Origin: Ancylonema sp.
Lineage: Eukaryota
Direction of reading: 5' to 3'
DNA: 64,000 bases
Assembly: GCA_050230475.1 (NCBI GenBank)
Contig: JBFLGF010000008.1
Coordinates: forward strand, 1 to 64,000
The first letter of the stretch is position 1; every line of letters begins with the position of its first letter. Positions 24,697 to 41,860 of this stretch are shown one piece after another. Under the pieces are notes generated by a model. That model did not search any database, was not told the DNA's origin, and saw nothing but the letters and a program-made list of their open reading frames with translations. Position numbers and translations under genes: made by a program.

Positions 24697-26191
24697 TGAG
24701 ACGAGATGATAACTCCAAAGCCAATCAAGACGCCGAAAACTCCATGAAAGCAGCCATGTCATCAACTACAATCCGCCAACATCATCGGCAAAGAAAACTA
24801 CAAAAAGTCATGTTTTCCAAATCTTCCCAAAATCTGTCGATTTTTCAGTTTTTGTGATATTCCGTCGACAATTTTTATGCCGACTCCATCTGGCACGTCA
24901 TCTGTCATGCCGCTAGAGATCGTTCGATAAGAATCAATTCTTTTGTGACGAGTTCCTCAAAATATAACGAGTTCCAATACTTTGTCGATTTTAGGCGCTA
25001 AATTGAACTTGTTGTTATAAGTGGTCAATTTTATCTCGGATGAATTAACTAGTATTTTTTTCGTGTTCAGTATATCGAAGAAAGTCGGTGTACCATTTTT
25101 CAGAAGTTAATTCCGAGTAGTCTAGCCTATCGGTGTTTTCGACGAGGTTGGAAGATTCTTAGTGCGCGCCGAGCTGATTTCAGTCAGTCAGCCTGACTAG
25201 TGAGCTGTCACACGGTCTGAAATCTAGAACACTCCAGAATAGACAGTCGAGAGTACCTGTCTAGTCGATATGTGTTTTCAGCCTTAGATCAAGATAAGAT
25301 CTAGAAAAAGTTCCGCGTGCAAAAAGTCGCGTCGATTGTTTAAGAGCAAAGTTTGTGCTCACAACTTTTAGCTTCCGCTGTAAGTTTACGCTGTTGTCAA
25401 ATTTCGAGATATATTTTTGAAATCTGAGTGTTCTGAATATTTCCATATTCTTCATTTCATCAGCGCCGTTCGCCTTTTGACTCCGTGCCAGAATTGTATG
25501 AGCTTTGCGTCGCTTCCATAGCCGTAAGTTCATAAATTCTGATTGCTTGCTTGTGCGTGTTTTCTCATCGCAAGTTAATGAAAGCCGTGTGCCGTTTTGC
25601 ATACGCATCGTTGTGAATTCTGCCGTGGCCAGAATCTCGTTACCCTCGCAAGTGTCATCACCCTTGCAAGTTTTGTGACCAGCCATTACGTTGGCGTCAC
25701 CAGAATCGTTTACTTCAAGCTACACCCCTAGTGTACGCTAGATCGTGTCCTCACGCTTTGAGCCGTGTCTTGTTCATCGCATCGTTTGATATTATATAGT
25801 GTTTGCGCATATCCCGAATATTATATCAGATTCTGCAATTCCATCTGTAGAAATTCATCGGCTATTTGCCCTGAAATCTTTTGCATCAATTGTCGCGTGT
25901 TGTGAAATTGTGCACTTGCATTTCGTGATTGATCCTACGCTATTGACTTCTAGTGTATTGCATCGAGTGCATCTCAGCCTTCAGGGAGCAGTAGCTTTTT
26001 TGAACTCCACTGATAAGCCACATATAGTCGTAGATCTCTATTTCTACTTCTATCAGTTGAGACTCAATCAACACCATACTCTAGTGAGACGAGATGATAA
26101 CTCCAAAGCCAATCAAGACGCTGCAAACTCCATGTAAGCAGCCACGTCATCAACTACAATCCGCCAACATCATCGGCAAAGAAAACTACAA
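24697..26191 (+). mobile_element. LTR-like terminal repeat block: A (24697-24900) + TC + long unit from 24903 ending in a truncated second A (26085-26191)
   Basis: TGAGACGAGATGATAACTCCAAAGCCAATCAAGACG occurs at 24697 and 26085. The block is homologous to the reverse complement of 49240-50733. Confidence 0.8.
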
Positions 26192-27093
26192 CGCGGAATA
26201 ACGCGCAATAAGCGTTTTTTTCAAGTTCGCCAAAATTTCCATTGCGATGTATACGGTGTATCGGCCTATATTCGCGATATCTAACATTGTTTTTATTTTT
26301 TCGTGCAGTAACCCGTACTCATCGACATACCAATCGACACCAATCATAGTAAAGCTCTAGCATCGACAATAGGAGTGCATATTAACACGGAAGCAAGGCA
26401 ACATCCCTGCTGTGTTGCCGTACAAAACAAGAGTACGGCGACACCTTACTCTTAATATGTGACATGAAGCATCATACAGTACAAGTTGTCTAAAGGAATA
26501 GTATCGGGGAGGAAAAAAACTATTTATGTAGACAGGTTACGCACTTTTTTTTTGTGTGGTTCTATATGTCATGAAATCCGTTTCCATGCGCCTGCGATGG
26601 GAAATAAGCCAATATCCAGTACAGAACCGTTCAAACGTGTTTTCCCGGTTCACACGGCCAATATTTTGTCCTTCAGCCTACTCTCGAGTAACTTGCAACA
26701 ATTTGGAAGATACTAGGCGCCAAATTGATCATTTCCACCGATATATATTCACGCGGAAGGCACTTATACCACCCGCCAAGTATTTCCGAGGCCTTATTTG
26801 GTCGTCTAGCGTATTTCTATCGTAACGTCCCACCACCTGGGAGATACGAATCCGGTACTGATATACAAAAATATGTCAGAATCTGAATGTACAAATTCGG
26901 TACTTTATTCCTTTACACGTATCACGGGGGGCTAAAAAAAAAATCCTTTAGAAAATTATGCAGGTTTGGAATAATTACAACTCCCCCAACAAAAGGGGGG
27001 AAATATTATATTTTTTTAGTCAGGTTATTTCTTTAGACAAACTTCCTTTAAACAAATACACTATGAATAGACAAATTGTTTTAGTAACCCAAA

Positions 27094-27445
27094 TACCGTT
27101 GTGTGCTTTTTAACACCTATAAATAATTAATGAAACCCGGAAGTAATCAATTTCATTGACTACAAAATTTGTCAAATCATCCGGTGAAAATCATTGAAAT
27201 TGATTCGTTTGTCATTTCCTACCATTTTCATGCATAGAAATCATCAATCCCACATCATTAATCCCTCATTAATCCCCGAATCATTGTAAAACATCACCGG
27301 TAGTAATAAAAAATCCCAGCTTCACGAATCATCGATGAATCAGGGGAGGTTATATGAGAAAGCACGTCGAGAATGCCATTTCATTCATTGAGTAGTTGAT
27401 TAGTTGAAAACAAAACGGATTCTCTTTGGAAGCACAGTGCGGGTA
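27094..27445. mobile_element. AT-rich dispersed repeat (MITE-like), with related copies at about 55563-55827, 61339-61510 and 61678-61912
   Basis: Shared, variable cores AAACCCGGAAG..GTCAAATCAT..AAATCATTGAAATTGATTC, and similar right ends (TTTGGAAGCACAGTGCGGGTA / TTTCGAAGCATAGTACGGTA). Confidence 0.55.
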
Positions 27446-27929
27446 CCCGCCGCAAAGTTGTTGGTATATCGAACGGGCTGCGGGCTATGGGCTGCGGACT
27501 CTTTGGGCTGCGGACTTTTTGGGCACCCAAAATTTTGGCCACAAATTCGTGCGGTTGGGACTGCCACGTCGGTACTTTGCACGTACCGTTGCTCGACATG
27601 AGATTGCCACGTGTCTACTGAGCGCCGATGAAGTGGGACCAACCAAGAGCCAAGTCAACGGTTGCTGACAGTTCCCCTGTGCTGCAACTCCTAGCACAAA
27701 TTACTGACTTGAAAGGTCCTGTCCGAGCCAGGGAGTGGCATCAGTAAGCAGAGGAAAGGAGGCAAACGATCGAGTGCGAAAAGGGAGGAATGCAGGCATC
27801 CGAGAGACGTAAAAAGGAAACATTATGCGCTAGTCACTGATTGAATGAGCTGTTTAAAAGTCTTGCTGAATATCAAAACCAGCCAATAGAACTACTTTTT
27901 CAAAACCCTGGACCACCTTGAAAGTAAAA

Positions 27930-28888
27930 ATGGGGGTAATGTCGAGGAGAGTCCTGCCGGTATGTGCCAATGTGTGTTGCCTGCCCTGCCCTGGTATGCG
28001 GCCCGCTTCCAAGATACCAACCAAAAGATACAAAAAGCTCCTTGCGAATATATATCCTGCTAAAGCGGTAAGTATTTGCAGACTCTCGTGGAATTCTGCA
28101 TTCTAAAGAGTTCGCATTCTTCAGTCGCAGTCTTCTTCTTGGTGCCGTGAATCAAGTCCCACAACTTTGCACCTTCAGAACTTATATTCCTGAAACGTTG
28201 CTACTGACGCGAACGACAGTTTGAAAAACAAGTTCAACGACCAGATCATAGGTGAGCGATAATTTCGTAATGTTATTGCGCAGATCGTCTGATGATGTTA
28301 CGCCTTACCTTCACACGAGGTCTGCTCAATTTTTTTCGTTGTGTCAGTGAGCTGAGACTAACATGATAGGTAGCGACGCAAGGGGGGTCTTGAGATGGAT
28401 ACTCTATGTACTTCAACACGTGCAGAACGCTGGTGTGAATGAACGCGACATCGGGAAGCTCGCCGACTACGCAGCTCAGAACCCTGACCGCATTCCCCTC
28501 ATCGCCAACAAGCTGGAGCAGCGAGGTTTCAGGGACCTCAAGGGAAAGCAGTTATCAGCGGTAGCTGCTGCCGCGATGGCCTACGGCAAACTGCTCTCTG
28601 CCTGCCGCACACAGCTGTGAGATGTCACCATGACACGAGCGAGCATCAGACACGGGTCCAGGGGGTTGGGATTCGCACGTGTCTCTGCTGTCTACGATAG
28701 ATAGCAGCAAGTAGTCCTGTCGTTTCAAGATCTTGCCCGCCTGCAAGTAGGTGTCTGCAGCAGCTCTCTCACTTGTGAAGGTATAGGCTGCCGTCTTGCC
28801 AAGTACCGATTCTAGCCGGTGCAAACAGGCAAATGGACCCGACTTCCACCCCACCCCTGACTCTCCACTCCTGCACATCTTTTGCTTC

Positions 28889-28987
<99 letters not shown>

Positions 28988-31900
28988 AGGCCTCTTTTCG
29001 CCCTCAGTGCTCTCAGCTTCCTCCAGGCCCTGCTGGACGACAGAGACCCGGAGATGCACGTTCTTGGATGCCATCTCTGTACGGACGTCATACTCAACCA
29101 GGTCTGTGGACTGAGGTCGGTGGTCTGTGGTCTGTGGTCTGTGATCTGTGGTCTGTGGTCTGTGGTCTGTGGTCTGTGGTCTGTGGTGTGACTGTGTACC
29201 TCCACACAAGGACGGAGGCCTCTCCGCACCTCTCAACAAAGCAAACTGTTGTAACAGTCCAAAGGCTTGTAGGGTCCGTTTAGGTCGGTTCTCGACTACA
29301 TCATGCCTGTTGTCGGTCGGCTATACACTTTCGTCCTCTCTTCTAGGTGGAAAGTGGTACCCTGAACTCTAGAATTAGTACTCCTCACTAGTAGTAGGAT
29401 CAGGTGGACATCCAGCATCCATAGTCCGACCCTGCATTGTAATCACAGCCTACTCTGGGTGTTCTTGTTTCTGTTTTCTGTTGCTGTCAGGTCGATTCCA
29501 GCTACTCTTACAACCTGGACAACCTCCTCCCCCGCCTCGTTGCCGTCAGCCGCGAGGCTGGGGAGGAGGCCAACCGCAGGCCGCTGAGGGCAGCTGGACT
29601 GAAAGCATTGGCTGCCATGGTACAATCACTCACCCTGCCTCTAAAAACGGGAATAGGGACCAACAAAGTACCGCGAAACCTGTCTTTATTAATACTGTGC
29701 TCATTCATAACCTGTCTTATCCAATATAACACCTTCCGTCGGATCATCACACAAAATCTGGTGTGTCGGTTAAAAACCTGTCTTGATTTTTTAGATAATC
29801 CGGTAGTAATTAAGACAGGTTCTTCTGTATAGCCGTAGATTCTAGGGTGGGAGCATCCTGGGTGAAGTTTATGGAAATGTGACCAGGTACATTCCATCCC
29901 AGGTGGGAAAGAAACTAGTCCTAGTGGGGGGGGGAGGGGGTGGCCAGCCTGCTAATGGGGGGGGAGGGTGGGAGTTGGGCACAGAGTTGGTATATTCGGG
30001 AGTACCATCATATCCCTGCAGGATTCCATGATGTAAGCGCCACCTGTCCTCTCCTACCACCTGCCCCCATCCCCACCCCCATCCCCATCCCCATCCTCAT
30101 TCCACCCCCACCCCCACCCCCACTCCCTGCTGATTCTTACCCCGCTGATGCTCTCTCAAACTTTTCGCCACGTTTTCTTATCCCATGTCCCTACCTGTCC
30201 CTCTCCCCCATCCCCGTGTCCCTCCCTCCACAGTTGATAACCGCTGTACTCGACAGCTTCCCGCTCCCCCCCCCACCCCCCCCCAACACACCACCCCCCA
30301 ACCCAATGCCGCACGACGCCCCCTCCGCCGTCCACAAAATAAAGGCAGCCTTCGCCTCCCTCCACCCCCCCAACCCCCGCCACCCCCTCCACGAAGACAT
30401 CCCCAGGGCCACATCTCACCTCACCAGGGCGGAACAAGGGTACCCTGAGGTGTGGGTCCACCTCTGCCTGCACGGGTTGGGGCTGGTGATGAGGGAGGAG
30501 GCGGTTGCAGCGAGGCAGGTGGTGGGCCCACTCTTCCTTTATCTGGACAACGGGCGGCAGTGGGGGGAGGGGGGAATGGCGGTGGCAGTGCTGAGGGAGA
30601 TACAAGAACCGTTGGATCGGGCAGGTGGGGGGGACAGGTGGCGGGAGATGTATGGGGGGAAGGAAGGAATTGTGGAGGGGAGAAGGTTCTGAATGTGTGA
30701 CCCCCGTCTGATGTGGACTGTGGGCTGTGGGCTGTGGGCTGTGGGGTTCAGGGCAGGGCCACATCCTGTTGGTGGAACTCCTACGCCACCTGGCACAGCG
30801 GCGGGGGGCGGCCCACGTGGCGGAACAGGTGGCGATCGTGGGGGTGACGGGCGAGTTGGCGAAACTCACCCATGCATGCGCGCCATCCGCACAGGTGGCG
30901 GCTCTCAGCGACCTCGCCAGGATGATGCAAAGGTCGGTGGCCGTACGGATACGGTCATACGGACATACGGTTACAAGGTTACACAGTTATGTGGTTATTC
31001 GGTTACATGATTATACGGTTACATGGTTATGCGGTTACGTGGTTATCCGGTTACATGTGTATATGGTTACATGTTTACACGGTTTTACAGTCATGTGGTT
31101 TTACGGTTCTGCTGAGAGTGGCAGGTCGTGGCTGTATGTTGCAGATGTATGGAGGAGGTGGCGGGATGGGGGCGGGCCCTGATCGGGAGTTGCGTCAGAA
31201 GTTGTGTGGGGGGATGGAGGAGTGCTTGCCCCACTTCTGCCGCTTGGTTGGGGAGGTGGGCCCCATCCTCGACTCCATGGCCCTCATGATGGAGGAGGTG
31301 GGGGCCGCCCCCAACCGCTCCCAGCCCGCCATGGCTGCGCTGCAGGCGGTGGGGGGGGCTGTGAATCAGCTGCAGCTGCAGGGGAGGGGGGTTGGGGGGT
31401 GGGGGGTGCCGGAGGGCTTCCTGCACGCCCTCCTGCAAGTGATGACTCACCATCCGGATCCGAAGACACGTGTGGGGGCACATGGGCTGCTGCCTCTCCT
31501 CCTACCCCCAACCCCCGCCCTCAGAGCAGAGGGGGAGGGGGGGTTGGGGGAGGATTCGAGACCCAGCCCCAGCCCCAACTGCAGCCCCAACCGCAGCTCT
31601 ATGAGGAAGGGCGGGCAGGGGCAGCTGGCGGGTGCGTTCCACAGCCTGAGTATGGAGATCCAGCGTGGTCTCACAAACCATTCCCCTCACGGGGGGGGGG
31701 GTGGGGAGGAGGATGGGGGGATAGAAATGTCTGTGGTTCCAGTTCCCTTGGATGCGTCCCACGCCTCCCTCCTCTTATCCTCCCTCTGGCTTCAGTGCAC
31801 TCTACCCACCAACACGCCCGAATGCTATGCAGCCATGGCTGCGACCTACAGACTCGTCACCAAGGTGGGGGTGGGGGGGGACGCACAGGGGAGGGCGGGT

Positions 31901-32844
31901 GGGGTGGGGGAAGGGGGGGATCTGAGGTGGTAGGTGTTGACTGTTTGGGTTCTCTTTCTCTTTCTCTGTTGGCAGGCCGGCAGCGCGCGTCTAGTGGGGA
32001 GGGCTGTCCAGCTGGCAATGTCGGTGCAGGAAGAGGCAATGAGAGGGGGAGGGGGAGGGGGAGGGGGAGGGGAGGGAGGGTATGCCAGGAGGAGATCGTT
32101 GTACAGTCTGGGCTCAGTGGCGTTGCAGATCGCTGCAGAAACCTACTCGCTGACGAGGGTGGGGAAGGTGGCGGGGAAAGTGGTGGAGGAACAAATGAAG
32201 ACGGTGATTCTCTTTCAGTCCATTGAGGTTTTGCAGGGCAGGAGGGGAGTACAGCGGGGATTCTGATTTCTATAGACTCTGATTTCTGTTTCTACTGATT
32301 CTAATTTCTGTTGTTTATAATCGGAGGCCGTTTTGATTAGATCGTTAGATCGTGTAGAGTTTTGAGTTTAGGGTTCTGATCTCTCTCGGTTAGGATGGGG
32401 TTTCGATTTTGGGGTTCGGAGTTTGAAACTTTTAGTTTTGGGTGTTGGAGTTTGTGGTGTGGCAGGATCCTTTTCTGACCGTGGGGGCCGAAGGGGGAAT
32501 TCTAAGGCCCCGACAAGAAGCCGAATCACAGTTTGGTTCAGATTCCGACAATCAATCTGCTGCCGCCGCGGTTGGTCGGTTGGAGTCCCAGCATGGTGTG
32601 TGGAGGAGGGAGGTGGTGCAGGCGGTGATGGAGGACCTCAGGGAGGTGAGTTTCCGGGAACCTTCCTGGCTCACTCCTGGCAAGTGGGACCAGTCGGGGT
32701 TGTTGTTTTGAGAATATTCTTGGGTCCCTTGTTTTGGGGTGGGGTTGGGGAGGGGATGGTGGGGCGAGAGTTGGGGTTGGGAGATAGGAGGACACAGAAG
32801 GAGTGCGTAGGTTGGGGCATATGACTGGGTTAATAGGGCCCTGG

Positions 32845-32876
<32 letters not shown>

Positions 32877-34913
32877 ACGATGAAGTTGTATTCAATGAAT
32901 TGACTGTTTGGGAAATTGGGTTTTTGATACGACGTGATCGTAGATTGGGCTCATCCCTTTCCCACCTCAGATTGTTTTCTACATGGAGAAGTGGGGGTGG
33001 TGGAGCAGAGGCTTACGGAATGTATATAGAGGGCTTCCTATACTCACTCAATTCCTGCCACCAACTCATTTCTTGCTGAACTTCAGAATTCTAAGCACGA
33101 ACTAGTATTTCAACCATTCAGTATTCTAACAAGTGTTCTGCCCACTATTTTAACGAGTATTCTAACTAGTACCCAGTACGTATCCACTCCTGAACCGCTC
33201 CTCCAGCAGTGTTTTACTACGTCAAGGATGTAGAAAACTGTGGTGTGCAATCAAGTAACAGGACAAGGGATTGTACCCACAGGCCACAGGACAAACACTC
33301 AGTGTGTCTGCGCAGTTATCCACCGTATATACACGTCCTGTACAGGACCCGGTTGTGTATAACGGGGTACACTACAGATGATAGGTTTGTGTTTACCAGA
33401 GGCTGGCCTGGTGGTACCCGTAGAGAGGGGTGTGGGGACGCAGGGTCGGCATTATGCAGGGGGGGGGTTGCCCCTTTCTTTGAATGTTCTTTGGATTTTG
33501 GGGGCTTTTTGGGCCTTTTTGGTTTTAGCTTTAAAAAAATCAAAAACGCTAATAATGATAATAATAATAATAAATAATATTTATAAAATAAATCACATAC
33601 AGTAAAACCTGTCTTAATTAATACTGTCAGGACGGAATAACATATCAATTAGGACAGGTTATTAATTAACACGTCAGATTCTGAGTGATATCCTGAAATC
33701 GGGCGGAGATAAATCTATCAGTTCAGACAGGTTATTAATTAGCACAGTATTAATTGAGACAGGTTACACTGTATGTGTTTTTTTTTTTTTTTTTTTTTCT
33801 GTTTGTTCCTGGGTTTTTCCTTTCTTTTCTTGGGGTTTACAAGGTGGAATGATGGGTGGGTGGGTGTTTGTCAGGAGGAAGGCGGACAGGTGGCGTGTTT
33901 GGCGGAGGAACGATTTGAGGCGGACCAGTCGTTCATGCTGCAGCCCAGGGGGTTCAGGCAGGAGGAGGAGGAGGAAACAACAGAGACCAGGGGGATACAA
34001 CAGAAGGTCTACGGGGAGGGGGAGGTGGAGGTAAAGCAACGAACATGGAAGAGGGGGCAAGAAACGGGGAGAAAGTAATTATTGGGATGGGAGAGCTGGG
34101 GAGAGGAAGGGGATGGGGGGTGGGGACATACTTTTTATTCTGTATTTGTTGTTCTGGAAAAAACGAAAGTGTAGAAGGAGAACAACATGCATGGGAGAGG
34201 AGAGCAGGAATGAAAAATCGGAACTGGACACCAAAAAAAAAAACCCTGGAAGGAAAAGAAACAAAAAGCAGAGTATCAGAGCAATGCCAGATTACTGGCA
34301 GAGTCACGTATTGCATACGCGGCGAGAAAACGAGTGCGGGTTGTGACAGCTGTCCCTCTGTGATTGGACAGCCTGCTCTGGGAGGCGACACCCAACCAGA
34401 GTTGAGCATTCAGGGGCTGTCGAATGCTGACGTGGCAACAGAGGCGCCTGCGACAGCGCAGTCTGTGGAGAGCATCCTCCAGGAGCTGGCAACAGAGGGC
34501 GGTACACCTGACACAGCCTGGACAGCTGGCGGGGCCCGCACCCCTGCCGCTATTCTCAAGGGGTTGGAGGAGGATGGGGGGGAGGAGAATAGGGACTTCC
34601 TCGAGGTGACAAGGGGAGGGGTCTGGGGGGGGGGCTGTATGTTCGGGAGAGAATGACGAAATGAGTTCTAGGGTAAATTCTTACTTGTTGGTCAGTACTC
34701 CTACTTTCAACTTCTTCGGTCGGAAGTTTCTGGTCTGATGGTCTCATTTCCAGGTGCTGCATCACCTTTTTTTTCATTCCTCTCACTTGGTTTGCACGCG
34801 TCCAGGTGTGGACGGGAGGGGGGGGGGGGAAGACGAAAGCGGCAGCGTGGGAGCCGCTGATCCCTCCTCCTGCATCCACATACCAAAACTTTTTGCAGGC
34901 GGCTGGGTGCTAA
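27930..34913 (+). CDS. EFR3-like ARM-repeat protein (plant EFOP/SRL2 type; multi-exon)
   Basis: N-terminal MGVMSRRVLPVCANVCCLPCPGMRPASKIPTKRYKKLLANIYP, then NERDIGKLADYAAQNPDRIPLIANKLEQRG, FLYLDNGRQW, HPDPKTRVGAH, LLSSLWLQCTLPTNTPECYAAMAATY, and C-terminal PPASTYQNFLQAAGC* (stop 34911-34913). Confidence 0.88.
28891..28984. repeat. (CT)n microsatellite at an intron 3' end in the EFR3-like gene
   Basis: About 47 CT units immediately upstream of TTTCAG. Confidence 0.97.
29120..29187. repeat. (TGTGGTC)n microsatellite near an intron 5' end
   Basis: Tandem 7-bp units seen directly. Confidence 0.9.
29671..29827. mobile_element. Tc1/mariner-pogo-like MITE (diverged copy, opposite orientation)
   Basis: TA-flanked. 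Left end AAACCTGTCTTTATTAATACTGTGC, right end TAATTAAGACAGGTTCTTCTG. Homologous to 33600-33771. Confidence 0.65.
33600..33771. mobile_element. Tc1/mariner-pogo-like MITE
   Basis: TA TSD (33598-99 / 33772-73) and a 28-bp TIR CAGTAAAACCTGTCTTAATTAATACTGT with 3 mismatches. Confidence 0.85.
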
Positions 34914-35702
34914 AGTGCTCGACGCGGATAGTATTGTTCTCAGGTGGTATCTATACGTAAGCTGCTTTGTAGGTAGGTGCCAGTATGACAGTAGGATAAG
35001 TTGGTAGGGAGTGGTGGGGGTCTCAATGTAAAATGTTGGGTGATCTTTTCATATTGATGTACCCTGTTTGCTCTAGCTGTAGTCGTGCCAGCTGCGTGTA
35101 GAAAGCGAAATTCCGTGGGAGCTGTTTTTCTGCGTTACAATAAAAGGTCGCAAATAATGCTTTTCCGATTGAGGTTGCTGTAGCTGTGTTTGCGAGGGTT
35201 TGGTGTGAGTATGTGCAAATAAAAGATGAGCTCTTCAGGCACCGTGCTGGTGACACAAGATTATTGTGCTCGACCCTACACTGCTGAAGGCTCCTGTGTA
35301 TGTTTCCCCCAAAGTACTACAGCACTATTGTAGTTGTTGTGTTTGAAAAAAGAATCAGAAAATCCCATTTTGCGATAGTCAGATGTATTGTTTTTAGGTG
35401 CTAGGCGAGTAACTTTTTCCCATTGAGTTCGGGTCCCATTTGAAGGCAAAAACAAAACAAAGTTTTGAAAAGCATCCTGATATGTATAAATTACTTAATG
35501 AATTCAGACGGCATATGCGGTTTTTGTAGCTGCTGGCTGCATATGATTTGCACAAGAAAAATAAATCTGAGGATACGGCCGACTCTGATTAGGTCAGCTC
35601 TCAAGACAATGAATCAATGATGTTGTTGCATCTTTTTCATCCATTACTGCATGTGCAGAAAAAACAATTGAAGAATCTAGTGGCACAATCTACCTCTTTT
35701 GT

Positions 35703-40127
<4,425 letters not shown>

Positions 40128-41860
40128 TGTTTGCGATACCTTCGGCTGACTCAGACGAAGGAAGTTCTGAAACAAAAGAGGCAACTCAAATTCTCAGCTT
40201 TGATAGCGAATGTTACGAGTAGCTTGCTGTTATGTTTTTTAATCAGCTCAAAACAAGAGTCTGGCCATGCTAAACGACCACTTCTGTTAAAATCAAGCTT
40301 CAAGGTCCACAATTAACATAATGCGCCATCTGCAGAATGAGCACTTCGAAGATTTCTTCGGAATGGGTCGGAATGACACTTCTTGAGAGGACAAGAGGAA
40401 AATTGTGGACTCGAGAATGCAATTTGTTGCAATTTATTTGCGGATTATTCGTCCCAACGGCTCTGAGTCGAGAAAATAAAAAGGCTCAATAGTGATACTC
40501 ATCCTGAACTGCTTTCATTAGTGCAGCCAAAAAATCACACACTTCTTGTAGCGGTTGCATTCAATCAGTACTGAATTTAGCCCAGTGTTCGTGATCAATT
40601 ATATTTTGGCCACCAATGCGGATCCGCCACTCCGTCGACCTTACCTATCACTCTTTTCCAATAGCTCAACGCAGAGGCCAACTTCCCGAACTTCTATCTC
40701 GTGATCTGCAAGTCCTTTTGTAACTTCTACAAGAGCAAGATCAAGTAACTATGATGGATCTGTTGGGAATGTAAGAAGCTATTTCGAGAATGTCATCTCA
40801 GTAGCCTGTCCAGCCACGCCTGAAAGAGTGAAGTAGGAGAGCTTGCACGCTGAAGTGCGTGCGAGCTCCCGCGGTATTGGTGTTTGGGATCCGCGGCACA
40901 GAGCGCTGGCTGCTTCCCACGGGTTTGAAAGGTACTTGATTGGGCGCAGTAATGTTGTAGCTTTTACCGGCTTTCTGAATGTCGGTCAGAGCAGGATACT
41001 GCCTGGCACTTGGATTCTTTTCCTACCACATGGGACACGTTGGCAACAATGTTCGATCTCTTCTGCAATCAGGTGCCGCATGTGGGTGAGTTTGCCAGCG
41101 AAATATTCAACACAGTCCGTTGATTGATATATCGACGGTCACTATTGTGGAACCTTTCCCGTGCTGATTCAATCTTGGCGTAAATTCCAGTGGCGTAAGG
41201 TCTGACCGTGTTGGTTTGCAGCTGTCTATGGATGTACGGGTCACATGGAGAATCTACGCGTCTTTGCCGTCCATGTGGTCGAGATTTAGCCACGGCTCTG
41301 GAAATATGAACCTCATAGGTCGGTGAGGACCTTGACAGAGATTTCAGTCTTCCATGGGGTTTGTACATCCTTGTCGCGTAGCGACACACTACACACAGAT
41401 GATGATAGATCAGTGTGATGATCTCTCGTCATTCGTTTTCGTTCCACCAATGGGGACTGTCTACATGATGTGACATGCTGTTCACGGGTTGCTAAAAGCT
41501 CTACCCCATAGCTATCAATTCGCCCTCTGATTGGGTCAATCAGTGCCCCTTGAGCCTATCATATCCAATGGGAGAACACGTTGTCGACCTTTCGGCCTCC
41601 TTTCACCATGCTGATTGATCCTGATTGACGAGACTCGACGCATTCATCGTCTGCATAGTACCTTGCAGCAACGTTACGCATTTCATTTCTGTAGAAGCTT
41701 CCCACATTCTCCCTAGATTCAGTCATTTGCTATCCAACACAGTTCCATTCCCTAACCTTAGTATTCAAGCACGCGCTCATGACCCAGCGGAGATTCCGCC
41801 CGAACAGAAATAGATAGTTGCCATATGTAAGTCTCCTTCGCCTGCAGATCCGTCGCGACT

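Noticed and set aside
28555..29372. ERERER, SLSLSL and TTDHRPQ ORFs
   Set aside because: Products of intronic microsatellites.
40660..41090. Possible third gene or transposase fragment between the GlnT-like gene and the permease (LNAEANFPNFYLVICK.., DSFPTTWDTLATMFDLF)
   Set aside because: Short, stop-interrupted, no consistent exon chain and no recognisable motif. A TBLASTX search would be needed.
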